Source: Paraspadella gotoi (lineage: Eukaryota; Animalia; Chaetognatha). Taken from it: DNA of 64,000 nt. Numbering within the stretch: position 1 is the first letter of the stretch; the number at the start of each line of letters is the position of its first letter. The stretch is taken from positions 10,423,607-10,487,606 of the forward strand of contig CM119268.1 of the NCBI GenBank assembly GCA_051294375.1, in the 5' to 3' direction. This document shows, piece by piece, positions 39,001 through 51,847 of this stretch. Made by a program: the position numbers and the translations under genes. The notes under the pieces are model-generated. The model was given only the letters and a program-made list of their open reading frames with translations. It did no database searches and was not told the origin of the DNA.

Positions 39001-42000
39001 CTCTGGGAGTGAATAAACGAGACTGTGAGAGAGTCTTGATTGAAACCTTGCAGGACCTGCTATGTCATTATCTTGTAAGAGTAATGGAGGCCTTAAACCA
39101 CCAAAGCCTGTCCAAAGTCAGGGCAAGATAGCTTATTTATTAAATGAATGGATAATTTTTATATTGGTTGTACCAATTTCATAAAATTCAGCTCCTTGTA
39201 TTTTGATGCTAGTGCGGAGTACAATAAGTATTCCCCGATCTAATACTTAAGGGAGTGGTCTTTTCATAAATTGAAACATTCTTGAAATATTTACTACACT
39301 TCATTGATAGGGAAGCCAGGTACTCTGGGAGTGAATAAACGAGACTGTGAGAGAGTCTTGATTGAAACCTTGCAGGGACCTGCTATGTCATTATCTTGTA
39401 AGAGTGATGGAGGCCTTAAACCACCAAAGCCTGTCCAAAGTCAGGGGCAAGATAGCTTATTTATTAAATGAATGGATAATTTTTATATTGGTTGTACCAA
39501 TTACATAAAAAGTATAGCTCTTTTAAAGAGCTATCAATTGGTGCAAGAAAAATTTGAATTGGTTCAGGCAGTAGAATAAAACAAGACTTTAAAGTCAGTC
39601 TCAAAATGGAATTAGGAAAAGTGATTTCCAAAGGTTAGTATTGATGACATTTCTTTTTCTGACTGATGTTTACAATATAGATTTAACAAAATCATAATGG
39701 AATTAAATATATAAAAATATTTTTATAATTGTTGCCAAATATAGTATTTTAATAATAAATATTGAAAACAATCAATTTTTTTTTGTGTAAAAAAACTGTA
39801 TAAACGCTGATGAAGGCTTGCATCCAAAGCCGAAACATGTCCGTTTCTATGTGAAATTAAAAATTGTTGAAAAAATCAAAATCATTCTCTAATAAAATTA
39901 TCTCAAAATCAAAAAGTAATTTTATGATAAAAATACAAAATATCAATTCTAATATAATTGTGACAGTTTATATTAGTCTGCTTTAATACGAGATGCCATA
40001 AGGAAAAAACTTTGATGTGAGAAAGCTTTGAAAGTAACCTTGGGTAAGTTATCACTCGACTGCTTTTTTTTTTAAACGATTTTTGTTCTATATAGTTTCC
40101 TTATTATAATTTGATTTAGGTTGAAAATGGTTGACACCTATCCCTACAGATATTTGATGCTGAATTTGTTCAGCTAATTTCATATTATAACTATATTATA
40201 ATATGGAAAAGTCACTCTTCTTGATTAAAATTAATTTATTCTCGTCAGATGTTTTGTACCAATCGACTTTGACGTCCTATAAATTTACGGACGCTTTGAT
40301 CGATTTTAATGGGACCTGGACCCATCGTTTTATCTTTCAATAAGCTTTGTTTTATGTTTCTATATCTCTGTGAAATTCATCCATCCAATATAGTTTTTTC
40401 GATGTGAAAGAAGTGGCTACTTTTCTTTGCGCCGCAATTTTAAAAGTTGACCAATTGCATGCTGTTTTCATAAGTTCTTTTTCAAATTGAATTCAACTTA
40501 CTAGGCAACAGTAAAGGTAAGATTTTGCCTCTTTGCCCTTATCCGAGTTCGATCTTGCTTCGGTTGCTGATCAAAGAATGTCATAAAATTCTATTAATCA
40601 TAGTTGAATTTGGTTGATGGTATTTCCCTGATCTATATTTTCAATTCAAAATTGAGGGTACGGAAATGAAACATCGGTAGATTAAATTCAAGTGCTTTAT
40701 CCTTTACGTGATAAGTCTATAGTATAAGCTGTTTCATCACTCTTACGTATTTCTCAAATTTTTTATTGCTCTTTTCCAATTTTTCCCCCGTCTTTAGTCT
40801 CCCTGACCATTCTTTATTTTTCCTCCCAACTCTCCAGGACAAACCCATGGACCACGTCCTTCGTGGACGCGTGCTTGGCTCAGTTTTTTACGAAGCGTCG
40901 ACGCGTACGTCGGCGTCGTTCGCGGCGGCCATGCAGAGACTCGGCGGCAGCGTTGTCTCTATCGCCGACTGTCACTCTTCCGTCAAAAAGGGAGAGTCGC
41001 TCATCGATACGGGTCTGGTTTCTCCGGCCACCGGCTACATGCAAGACTGCTAGTTCATCTTAACTATTTTTATACTTTAGTTTTCATCTTTTTTACAGTC
41101 CAAATTATATCTCTTTACTCGGATATCGTGGTGCTTCGTCACCCCGAACCCGGCGCGGCTTCTTCAGCGGCGAAACATTCTTCGTGTCCCCTGATCAACG
41201 CCGGCGACGGAATCGGGGAACACCCGACTCAGGCTCTGCTCGATGTGTTTACCATCAGGTGACAATTGCGGGAAATTTAAGATATTGGTATCTCGAGTAA
41301 GAAAATATTGTAATGGAAATCATTTTTTATTACAGAGAAGAGATCGGAACAGTCAATGGGTTGACCATCACAATGGTGGGCGATCTTAAGGTAAGTAAAA
41401 CTCTTTCATGATTCCACGTTACTTAATACTTGGTTGTGATATTGAAGAGGAATGTCGGTGTTTTTGTTTTCATTAAAAAAAACCCTTTATCACAGCACGG
41501 TCGCACCGTTCACTCTTTGGCTAAGATGCTCGCTCTTTATCGGGTGAACCTCCGCTACGTCTCGCCGCAGGGTCTCGAGATGCCGACAGAAATCCGTGAC
41601 TTCGTCGCAGGAAGGGGAATTCATCAGGAGACGCGACCCACCCTCACGGATGCCATACCTGATTCGGATGTTATTTACATGACCAGGATTCAAAAGTAAG
41701 TGGTATTATTTGGCGTCTTTTCGGTGCTTGCGCGTTTTAATACATACTCTGTCATGCAATTTTCAATGAGTCAAAAAAATATTTTAGTGTTAATCATTTT
41801 TTTTCATAGCGCCTTTTTTTTTGGCAGAGAGCGTTTCTCTTCTCCGGAAGAGTACGACCGCGCCTGCGGCCACTTTTGCGTCACTCCTCAGCTCATGACT
41901 CGCGCCAAGCGAAAGATGATCGTGATGCATCCACTCCCTCGTCTTGAGGAGATCTCGCCGCAGTTCGACTCTGATCCGCGCGCCGCCTACTTCCGCCAAG

Positions 42001-42062
42001 CGCAGAACGGCATGTACGTCCGGATGGCGCTGCTGGCCGCCGTATTGGCGCGACACCATTAA
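30099..42062 (+). CDS. CAD: CAD multifunctional protein (GATase-CPSase-DHOase-ATCase)
   Basis: [84 protein letters not shown] and MHPLPR, in the canonical domain order. Confidence 0.98.
31900..32360 (+). repeat. Two tandem copies of the ~230-bp dispersed repeat in a CAD intron
   Basis: Copies at 31900-32109 and 32112-32360 (cttcattgatagggaagccaggtactctggg...ttggttgtaccaatttcata). Confidence 0.95.
34535..34750 (+). ncRNA. Candidate structured RNA, island C, filling most of a CAD intron (34504-34796)
   Basis: GC-rich island sharing ggcatctc, ggctttgg, gacc..cagtgac and tgtcactggcg with island A; possible stems aagcccgg/ccgggctt, gttagag/ctctaac and caatg/cattg. Confidence 0.4.
38941..39507 (+). 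repeat. Two near-tandem copies of the ~230-bp dispersed repeat
   Basis: Copies at 38941-39183 and 39247-39507, nearly identical to 31900-32360. Confidence 0.95.
39802..39846 (+). ncRNA. Minimal type I hammerhead ribozyme motif (Penelope-like element type)
   Basis: AAACG CTGATGA A GGCTT gcatcca AAGCC GAAAC AT GTC CGTTT: stem I AAACG/CGTTT, intact core, stem II GGCTT/AAGCC, palindromic ACATGT stem III, GUC cleavage triplet. Confidence 0.8.
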
Positions 42063-42198
42063 AGCGACCGGCGTGAATGAGGCGTTTGTCGCGAGGGGCG
42101 TTGGGGATTTGAATCTCTGATTTCGGTTTACCAACTTTTTTTTCGTGCTTATTGGCTACTAAAGAGAACTTTTATTACGTTTTCGAATGATTTACTTA

Positions 42199-43488
42199 GG
42201 GTAGTGCGGGGTAAATCGGAACACTGACACATTAAATTATATAAAAAAAATTTTGTATCAAAATTTTATAATTTTTTTTAGTGCATTAAATATTTCTCCA
42301 GCTTGACTTTCCATTATTAAAGTTACAGCATTCCGCTGCTTCTGCAGCAGCAATTTCAAAACTGCTAGTCAATTTTCGTCCTTGAGTAGTCGTTTTCAAG
42401 CTCCTGTCACCGTCATATTTGACGTAATATGATTATGGAATATTAATATATGATAGACGAAACTACTAATTTTTAATTATTGTATAGATTACTTCGAAAA
42501 AATATTTCATTTATTTTTTACATAGCTACAATTTAATTGGGGTAAAACGGAACACCTTTAAGGTAAGAGTTCTGTGCTACCTGATATGCTTTTTATAACC
42601 TAAGTATAGACTAAGTAATAATTATAGTTAGTCATATTTGTTAAATAATTTGGCGGAAAAATTTTTATACTATTCATATTACAGTAAAAAAATATATTTT
42701 TAGCAATAAAAAATATACAAAAAGTTCGAAATAGAATTTAACGCCTAAATAAGGTTAAAAAATTAGTTTGAGACAAAATTAAGATGAAATTAATATAAAA
42801 ATAATATAAAAATAAAATAAATAAGAATATTTGTAAAAGGAAATAAAAATAAAATGAAGTTTAAAAAGGTTAAAGAAAAAGGATAAATAAAAGAATAGAA
42901 AAAATAATATTTGAAATAAAAAAATAGGCCGAAAACCAATATTAATTGGAAAGGAAGATGGGGACGAAATGCAGGAATGGAAGGAAATTGAAAACTGTAT
43001 CAAAAATACTGTAAATAAAAAAATATATACAAATTTTGTATCTATTGTCATAGTTATTAAAATCATTTTAAGAACTTAAAAATATTACATTTTTGTTTAT
43101 ACATAAAACATTAATGAAAGGCTCTATCCACATAATAATAGTGTTTTAGTTATTATTTTTTGTAATATTTTAAAAAAAAGCTTGCAGGGACCTGCTATGT
43201 CATTATCTTGTAAGAGTGATGGAGGCCTTAAACCACCAAAGCATGTCCAAAGTCAGGGGCAAGAAAGCTTATTTATTAAATGAATGGATAATTTTTATAT
43301 TGGTTGTACCAATTTCATATAATATATTTAGTGTTCCGAATAAACCCCAAGAGAAAAACGACTGCATCAACCAGTAGCGGGGACACTTACCTAGATATAT
43401 CACCAGAAATTTTTTTTAAAAAAAATATATTTACTTAGCGAAAAATTTTATTACTTCCAAAAGTGTTCCGAATTACCCCGCACTACCG
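42199..43488. mobile_element. Non-autonomous TIR element with TA target-site duplication (copy 1)
   Basis: TA|gggtagtgcggggtaaatcggaacact ... agtgttccgaattaccccgcactaccg|TA. Confidence 0.88.
43177..43319 (+). repeat. 5'-truncated copy of the ~230-bp dispersed repeat
   Basis: aaagcttgcagggacctgctatg...gtaccaatttcata. Confidence 0.93.
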
Positions 43489-43996
43489 TACATAATTCCG
43501 ATTATTATTGTTACACGTTCAGAAGATTCCAGTTTTTTCGCATATATTTACATTTGTTGGTTTTTTTATACCAGTCAGATTTGATCTACGACCAGATCTT
43601 GTTATTTTTTTGGAAAAAAAATATTTTAAGCTGTGATAATTTTGGAATATAAACGCTTTTTTTTCAATTGCAATGAAATAAAAACTAACTCTTTACTAAA
43701 ACTTTACCATTGCTACTCAATCAATATTCTTTCATAAAGGAGGAAGAGCAGTTCGTCTCAGCATATTCCATCGACGATTGAGCCTTCCCTCGCGTTTATT
43801 TACGCCCCGGTCAATAATTATACAATTACAATTTTTTTTACGACCAGCGAAACGTGTTTTTTTTTCTCGCGTTGCGTTTAAATTAAATGACAGAACAATG
43901 ATTTTTGGCGCAAGACTTATTTTAGATAGCTTTGTTTTCAGACATTTTTACTCCTCTTTAAACAAAAAGTACTGTATTTCTTCGGTGGTTAACGCA

Positions 43997-45529
43997 ATGT
44001 TGTCATCATCCTCTAACTCCCTCATGACGGATCGCTTCCGCGGCTGTCTGATCGGCGCGCTCATCGGCGACTGCCTCGGCGCCAGATTCGAGTTCGATCC
44101 TGGCGTCGACGCTCGGGACGTCGTCTTGTTTCTCCGCGCCGTCGCCGATTCCCGGAAAAACACCTCTGCCTTAGCGGAGTCGGAAGCTGGGTGTTTGGTC
44201 CACAATAAAATGGTACAATGGGGACTTCGATCCACCTGCAGTTTTTATCCATTCTATTTTGAGTTAAAGGGGAATCAAAATTTTTAAGCTTTCGTGTTTA
44301 CGGACGAGAGAGATGATTTTTCTCTCCAACAGCCGCATCTTCCGCTTCCCTACACAGACGATACAGCGATGACAAGAAGCGTGGCAACGTCCCTTCTCTG
44401 CGTCGGAGGATATGACGCTGCAGATATGGCAGACCGATTCGTGGCGGAGTACCGCGCCGCACCGGATCGAGGCTATGGCGCCGCAGTGACGAAAGTCTTC
44501 GACGCCCTCGCCGAGGGGAAACGGGGAAGACACGTTTACCTGTAAGCGCGCCTTTTATTAATTTGTTTTGTGTTATTGATTGTATTGAGTTATTAAACCA
44601 AATTTGAAATGAGCAGGCCTGCGGCGCGTCAGTTCGATGGCTCCGGAAGTTACGGTAATGGAGGGGCGATGCGAGTCGCTCCGGTAGCTCTTTTTCAGTA
44701 TGCCAAGAAATGCCCCGTCGCTGCTCGTCTCACGGACACGACAGGGACGGATTTGGATGCCGAAACTAAATCCATCCTCACTTCCGATCTTCCCGACGAC
44801 ATCTGTCGGTTCTCAACGCGAATTACGCACACGAACGCTCTCGGCGTCGAAGGCGCCATGCTCCAATGCGTCGCCGTCAAGTTGGCGCTCGCTTTGGGCA
44901 TGCAGACCCAGTCGACGTCCGCACTTGACACTAACGCATTTCTCGACGATCTTGTTAATACCATGGAGAAGACAGAGAAACAATCCGATGAAAAGCCGCT
45001 GAGGAAGCGGTCCAGGGAAAGCAGCAGCGGAAGCGGTAGTGACGACGACGTAGATGATGAAGACTACATCGGAATTCAAAGGGGAGATTCTTCCGTCGAC
45101 CGACCATACGTAGATAAGCTTGGATGGATAAGAACTTTTCTTGAGGAGGGAAAGATCGCCAAAGCCCCCGGGGCTTTCGGACTAAAACCGGTCGTAAAGA
45201 AATTGGGCAATTACGTCTCTGCACAAGGATCCGTGCCGATGGCCATTTACTGCTTTTTGAGGGCGGCGAAGGAAGAAGGCAGAATGACCGAGGAGAAAGA
45301 AAAGACGAGTTCCGACTCTGTTCTCTCGATCGCCGATATGAACTGTTTTCAGCGCGCCGTCTGCTACGCCATTTGCAGCGGCGGCGATACCGACACTATT
45401 GCTTCCATGACCGGCGCCATAGCCGGGGCCTTTTGGGGCGTCGGCTCCCTACCCCAGGGTTGGGTCGACGCCTGCGAAGGAAGGGAAGAGGCGGAGCGAT
45501 TGGCCGACGGTTTAGCGCGCGTTCTCTGA
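43997..45529 (+). CDS. ADPRS: ADP-ribosylhydrolase ARH3-like, 3 exons
   Basis: RFRGCLIGALIGDCLGARFE, YTDDTAMT, RGYGA, GSYGNGGAMRVAP and GGDTDTIASMTGAIAGA. Confidence 0.92.
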
Positions 45530-45876
45530 CTTTTAGTTGTTCCAGTTTCATTTTAACGTTTGTTTCGTTATCGCATTTTTAAATTGCTTCTTTTACCTTC
45601 CAAGGCCTCCCTTTATCAAAATCGTCTTCGTCTGGGCGTCTCAGAGATGCCAGAGTCGAAAGCGGTTCTGAACGAAACAAATACAAAAAAAAACAAAAAC
45701 CCAAAAGGCCAGTGCTTCTTAACTCAATGGACATCCGATTGCTTCTTTAGGACTACATTCCCGCCACCGCGCTCTCCCACTTTTTTCTACTAATGGACTT
45801 GACAAAGAGAAAAAAATCAGGGATAAGTTTTTTAAAAAAACAAATAGTTAAAAATAGGCCAGTCGTGTTTGAAGTC

Positions 45877-48800
45877 ATGTCCAGTCGCGACGCGGCTGTT
45901 TACCGTGGAACAACGAATGCGACGTCGTCGTCTCGTCTCGCCAACAATGACAAACCGGTCGAACCGAAACCGTTGGGCGTTTTTCGCGTCATTGAATCCT
46001 TCGACCCGGGGAGCCTCGCTTTGTGTGAGTCTCCTTTGAGCTCTGAAAAGGGAGGGGCAAGGAGGGTTAAATAGTCAGCGAGTAGACTCATATCTTCGTT
46101 TTCCTTCTCCCTTCCCAGCCTCTACCTCCCGTTTTTCGCCAACTGCTGCCTCATCTTATCCTGTGCACTCGTCCTCGACGCTGCATCCGATCGGCGCGTC
46201 TTCCTATCCCGGCGGCGCAACGCTCGGTCGTTCCACGATCTTAGCTCCAGACTCGACTTCGCCACGAGTTTTGGCGTTAAAGGAGTCAGAATTGGTGGAG
46301 AAGCTGAAGAAACTTTCCGTGCTCGAGGTTCCCGACGCGTGGCCGACGAAAGACGACGAGACCGGAGAAAACGGGTTCTACATGGCCCGTAACGTCGATA
46401 CCGGCGATATCGGTAGTTTTATTGGATTACTACGCAATCCTTCGTATATTGATAATCGGTCTGTATTAATTTTCCCCTTCTTTTATCAGGTATCGTCAAA
46501 TCTTCCTACTTGGCTCCCGCTGAGGATGTAATGGTTTCAACTACATCTACTTCAGCCGCGAAGTCCTCAGTGGGCGACCCGAATCTTCTTGCTCCTCCAG
46601 TTATTCCTCCTCGATCAACGAAACGAGCCTCTCCCTCTTTCATGCGATCCTCCCCTCTGCCCTCGACGCTGATCCGTTCCTCACCCATTTTCGTGTCACA
46701 CTCCTTTCGGCCCGCCAAATTCAGCGAGCCCCGCTTCTGCCTCCACTGCTCTGATTACTCTTGGGGGGCCGGCCGTTGGCGAAGCGTCCTTTGCGTCAAT
46801 TGCGGCGAGAGTTTCCACTCGATCTGCGCCCCGTTGACCGCACAAACGACCTCCTGTGTGGGAACAGCGCAGCGAAGTTCCAGTGGTTCGTCTACGCATG
46901 TCGAGGATGGTTCGGTGGAATCGTGGGGCGAGGAGACGGTCGTTAGATGGATGACTGCTGTTAATTTACATTGGTGAGCTTACACAGTTGGGATATGAAA
47001 GTTAAAACATTTTTTCTACATATGTATGTATCTTTTTTCATCATCGTCATTCATTCATTCATCATCGTTTTTTTTTTTTAGCTACATCGATCACTTTCGA
47101 GCGAACATATCCCGTCTTCTCCCCATCGACGAAGCCTCCAACAAAGTTGGCGGTGCCCTTCGCCGCCTAGACGCCGACATTCTCGCATCGTGGCGAATTG
47201 TAAACAACGATCATCGCGCCGCCATACTCGTCTCCGTTGACGCTCTCTTCCGAGTCGACGCTGGCTCAGAAGGCGAGACCGGAGTTGTAAACCACGGCCA
47301 TCGCTTACGACTGATGAGTTTCATCGAACCACGGAGATGCGACCACTGCGGGGAATTTTTGCTAGGGATCGTTAAACAGGTGGGTTAAGAAGCTTCGTGA
47401 TATTAAAGGGAACCAGCGAATAATTTTGTTTTTTTCCACTTCTCAAAAGGGACTGAGCTGCGACGATTGCGGCCTTTGCTTCCACCGTGCCTGCGCCGCC
47501 ACCGGCGTTTCGCCCTGCCGCCACGACGGCGCCGTCGTTCCCATCGATTATGCCCCTCCTTTCGGCGTCGCGTTGACGGATCTCGATTCGGAACATTTGA
47601 CGCCGCGATTCTTCCTGGGCGCCGAAACGGATTCCGTCGCCATCGGCGTCCCGATTGTGGTGGTTCTTTGCTGTTCGGAGTTGGAGCGTCGTAGCGCCGT
47701 CGAATGTACCCATGCGCCCGCCTCTACTCCGGTAGCCTCCGCCTCCATCTCGAATCTCTTTCGTGTCTACTCATCGTCTCTTTCCCACGCCGACCCGCCG
47801 CCAGATTTGCGGTCGGCCTTGTCTCGTTGCCGCAGCGTGGACGAGCCTTCTTGTCGACGCGCTGTGTCTCTATTGTCCTCCGTAAAGCTCGAGCTCGTGG
47901 CCGCCTGCCTTCACCGTTATCTTCTGCAACTTCCGGCGCCAGTAATTCCCGTCGAGGTTTATGCTAAACTCATAGATCGCGGTCGAAATTCCTCCGCGTT
48001 TGGGGATCTCGCGAGTTTGATCCCTTGTCCGGTTTTGTCCGGTCAATCGGAATCGTCTTTGACGTCCTCTCTCCTCTGCACAAGCGCCTCCCTTTGGCCC
48101 TCGGTTCACCGCTGTACCCTTCGTTTTCTCATGCGTCACCTTTGCCGCGTCTGGACATCTCACGCGGCGCTCCGCCTTTCTGGCGCCGAGACTCCGACGC
48201 TACTGTTGACGGCGTTCTCGCCTCTAATGCTTGCTCCATCTTGGAATCGATCCGCCGATTCGATCGTCGAGGATCGCAGGCTTCACGCAGAAATTTTGGA
48301 GCGCCTTATGGTGGAGATGGACTGGGGTGACGAAGTTCGCCGGCCGTGTCTTCTGGCGTCGCCCCCGCCGCCCCCGCGGCCTTCGAAACCAACGGCATCA
48401 AAGCCACGCGCGACGTCTGTCGCCAATGACGCCTTACGCGTAGTCTCTTCTCGCTCCGGCAGAGTCGCCTCCTCAGGCGGTATCCCTGACGAAAACCAAC
48501 GCTATACGCCTTCGCCCACCGCCGCTCTGCGTCCTCGTGCGCCCGCAGCAGCCGTCGCTGCTCCGCTGGGTGATCGCGCTTATTACTTTGGAGCCATTTC
48601 TCGAGAAGAAGCTAACTCTCTGGTCGAAAGCGCAGTCGACGGAACCTTTCTCATTAGGGACTCCACCCGTAAACCAGAGGTGAGGAGAAAACCTTTAAAT
48701 CTTACCTGAGACGCGAATTCGCATAACGTTTAACAATCTTTAATTAGGTCCCCTACGCGTTGCACGTGCGTTATCGCGGCGCGCCTCGCCCGATTCAAAT

Positions 48801-51127
48801 CCTCAAATCTTCAAGTGGCAAGTGGGGCTTCGCTGAGGAGTTTCTTATTCACGACAGCGTTCCCGAACTCGTTGCTGCACATGCCATTTGCGGACTGGAA
48901 ATGTATAATCCCGAATTGAAGGTATATCCGTTGCAGGCGTTAACATTTTACACAGAATTATTCAATCGTTTTTCTGTTCCATTCTCAGGTCAAGCTTCTT
49001 TACCCCCTTGACCGCAACGAGCGGGGAAGTGTGGGCCAAGAAGAAGCCCATCTGGCCTCAAACCTGGAAAAGTTGCACACGTTGTGGCTTATCAGGTATG
49101 AAAAAAGATATTTCTCTCATTCTTTTTGTTCACCTATATCAATTTTCCTCCCTTCCTTTTTCTTCCCCCCTACCCCAGGTATTAGGGGGCAATGTTTGCA
49201 AATGAATAGGGTAGTGCGGGGTAATTCAGAACACATTTGGAAGTAATAAATTTTTGTATAGTAAATAGATTTGAAAAATTATTTTTCGGGTGATATATCT
49301 AGGAAAGTGTCTCCGCTACAGGTTGATGTATTCGTATTTAACCTGCGGCCTCTCGGGGCCGCATTTTTTTTTTAAATTGAAAAGTGTTTAATTACCCCAC
49401 CCTGGGGTAATTATATATTATTATATATTCTTTGAAATATTATACCACTTCATTGATAGGGAAGCCAGGTTCACTGGGAGTTCACTGTGAGAGAGTCTTG
49501 ATTGAAAGCTTGCAGAAACCTGCTATGTTATTATCTTGTAAGTGTGATGGAGGCCTTAAACCACCAAAGCCTGTCCAAAGTCAGGGACAAGATAGCTTAT
49601 TTATTAAATGAATGGATAATTTTTATATTGGTTGTACCAATTTCATATATATATATATATATTATTACCATAGATTATGGTATTAAAATATTTTTTCTCT
49701 GTATATAGAGAAAAAATTTTTTTTTACAAATCTTAAAATTTTTTGATAGAGCATGAAAAGTTATATTTTTATTATTATTATTATTTTTATAGCTTTTCTT
49801 ATTTTTGACTCACTTATCATAAAAAGAATTATACTTTGTGCAGACAACTTTTTATGAGCTATCTGAATCTGGTCTTAAAATTTAAAAATTCTCACAAAGA
49901 TTTTTAGCCTTTCCTATCTATAAATAAAAGAAATTTTTTGTCCATTGAAAGTATACTTAAAAATGTATAAATTTTCGTACTCGCTCTAAATTTTTGACTC
50001 CCCCCATTGAGTGGGGCTACCCCAAATATTATGTAAATTTTTTATAATATATAATATTAAAAGCATAGATCCTTTCATTGATGTTTTATGTGTAAAAGTT
50101 TTAAATCTTATATTCTAAACTAAAGTGGGTAAAATGATTTTTATCTCCGTTTAGTATTACCGCACTACCCTATGAATGAATGAATGAACGAATGAATGAA
50201 TGAATGAAATGAATGAAAAGTTCGATGATTAACCCTCACGAGAATTTTTTTCTGACATAGGCAAAACGACTATGAGGAGAAGTTGGCAGAACACGGGGAG
50301 CTTGTTTCGGAAACGAGACGCAGCCTGCAATCGCTGGAGGCCTTTCGTCAAACGGCCTCGTTGTATGAACAACAGGTGGAAGTCCATCGTCGGATGGCAG
50401 AAGAATCGACCAAAGGGGCGGAACGGCAAGCCATGGGGCAGACCCTCCAAGTTTTGGAGAGAAGCCTTGAAGATGTTCGGGTAACTAACAATTCTGTAAT
50501 TTTGTTTTTATCTATGAAACCTATTTTTTATTTTTATTGTAGTTAGAGAGACAGAAATTGTCGGCTAAGTACGAAGCTGACCTTTCGCGCCTTCAGCGTC
50601 TCGCCGCTGACGTCGCTGCCGCTAAACCGGAACTCGGGCGTCTCGCCGGTGAAAAAATTGAGGCCGTCCGTCGTCTCTCCTGCGTCGCAGGGTGGGACGC
50701 CGAACGCGTGGAGCGACTTTTCCGAAGCGCCTTTCGCGCTCTTTGGTTTTCCGAAAATATGAGGCGGGAAGACGCTGGGGCGGCTCTAAAGGGAAAGCCA
50801 GACGGGACTTTCGTGTTGCGTAGGTCAAAGGCCTCGTCAAAGTTCGCTCTCAGCCTTGTTCACCGCGCCAAAATTTTTCACGCGCAAATCGAGCGTCTGA
50901 GACCGGACGGTTCTCCGGCGGAACATGGCGGCGAAGACCATGCTTGCTTCGGCTTCGACAAGCGCGTAATGTTTCCCTCATTGGATCTCCTCGTACAACA
51001 CTTTCACCAAAAATCTTTGAAAGACCATAACCCTCAGCTGGACACCCGGTTGAAATACCCGTTAGGATATTTTTATGGGCGAGGGATCGACATGGAAAGT
51101 TTCTTAGGGTCGAGCGAAAAAGATTGA
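45877..51127 (+). CDS. Class IA PI3K regulatory subunit-like protein: SH3-C1-SAM-C1-RhoGAP-SH2-coiled coil-SH2
   Basis: C1 domains HSFRPAKFSEPRFCLHC..C..C..H..C and HRLRLMSFIEPRRCDHC; SAM-like VESWGEETVVRWM; RhoGAP PFGVAL..VPIVV..YLLQLPAPVIP; SH2 domains YYFGAISREEA..DGTFLIRDS and WFSENMRREDA..DGTFVLRRS. Confidence 0.85.
49209..50170. mobile_element. Non-autonomous TIR element with TA target-site duplication (copy 2, inverted relative to copy 1)
   Basis: TA|gggtagtgcggggtaatt ... tattaccgcactaccc|TA, inserted in a (tgaa)n tract. The first ~125 bp match the reverse complement of 43360-43488. Confidence 0.88.
49427..49647 (+). repeat. Copy of the ~230-bp dispersed repeat
   Basis: attctttgaaatattataccacttcattgataggg...gtaccaatttcata. 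Confidence 0.93.
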
Positions 51128-51847
51128 ATTAGTAGGTGAACCAAGCAGTCTTAATTTAAAAATTAAATACGTCGAAAAGACGTATAGAATATTTACCCCA
51201 TTATAAGTTTTTTTCTTGTGATATAAGTGGATTTTTCTATCTACAGTGTTTTTCTTAGTTTAGCGATGTTACTATTTTAGTTTCGGGAGACGGGTTTTTG
51301 TTACGTTTTTCATATTATTAACTTTTTGGGGAGGCGATCGTACATCATGGATAGACATGGATACTGCTTATTGATTTTAATCAACTCCGAGTGATGTATA
51401 CATTTGGATAACCGCTTTTGAAAGATAGCTACCAAAGATTTTATTCGCTTTCCTAAAACTTAGTACCCATTGCTCCATAGCGCCTTCAAATCGGGTGGCT
51501 CCCCCAATCTCTGATCGGGGGCCTTGTGCTTCTTACTTCATCGACATCATAGCCGTAACATTATGAACCATTTCCTGGGCATTATATGGCGATGGATATT
51601 GTGCAGTGTTTAACTTTAAAACGTTATTTCCCTTTTTTTTTATTTCGTAAATGAATAGTAAATAAAATTATAACTTACACCCGATTAATACATGGTGATT
51701 GGTGACCCTTATTTAAATTCCGCTAGAAATTTATAGCATAAAAGCAATATTACGTATGTTTTAGTTTTTATCGTAAGTTAAAAAAAAATTTTAAATGGAA
51801 CGAGGTGTGGAGATGACTCTGATCGAATTTGGCCGACGCTACACCAG

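Larger units (their letters stand above)
38862..40439. mobile_element. Non-autonomous Tc1/mariner-like TIR element in a CAD intron
   Basis: Left end TA|cactgcggcgcaaaaaaaaattagccact and right end agtggctacttttctttgcgccgcaat are imperfect inverted repeats; no transposase ORF. Confidence 0.75.

Noticed and set aside
31900-39507. Repeats as a CRISPR-like array
   Set aside because: Units are ~230 bp, dispersed in eukaryotic introns, with no repeat-spacer periodicity and no cas genes.
42779-43066. Hydrophobic 95-aa ORF inside the TIR element
   Set aside because: Low-complexity AT-rich translation with no transposase motif.
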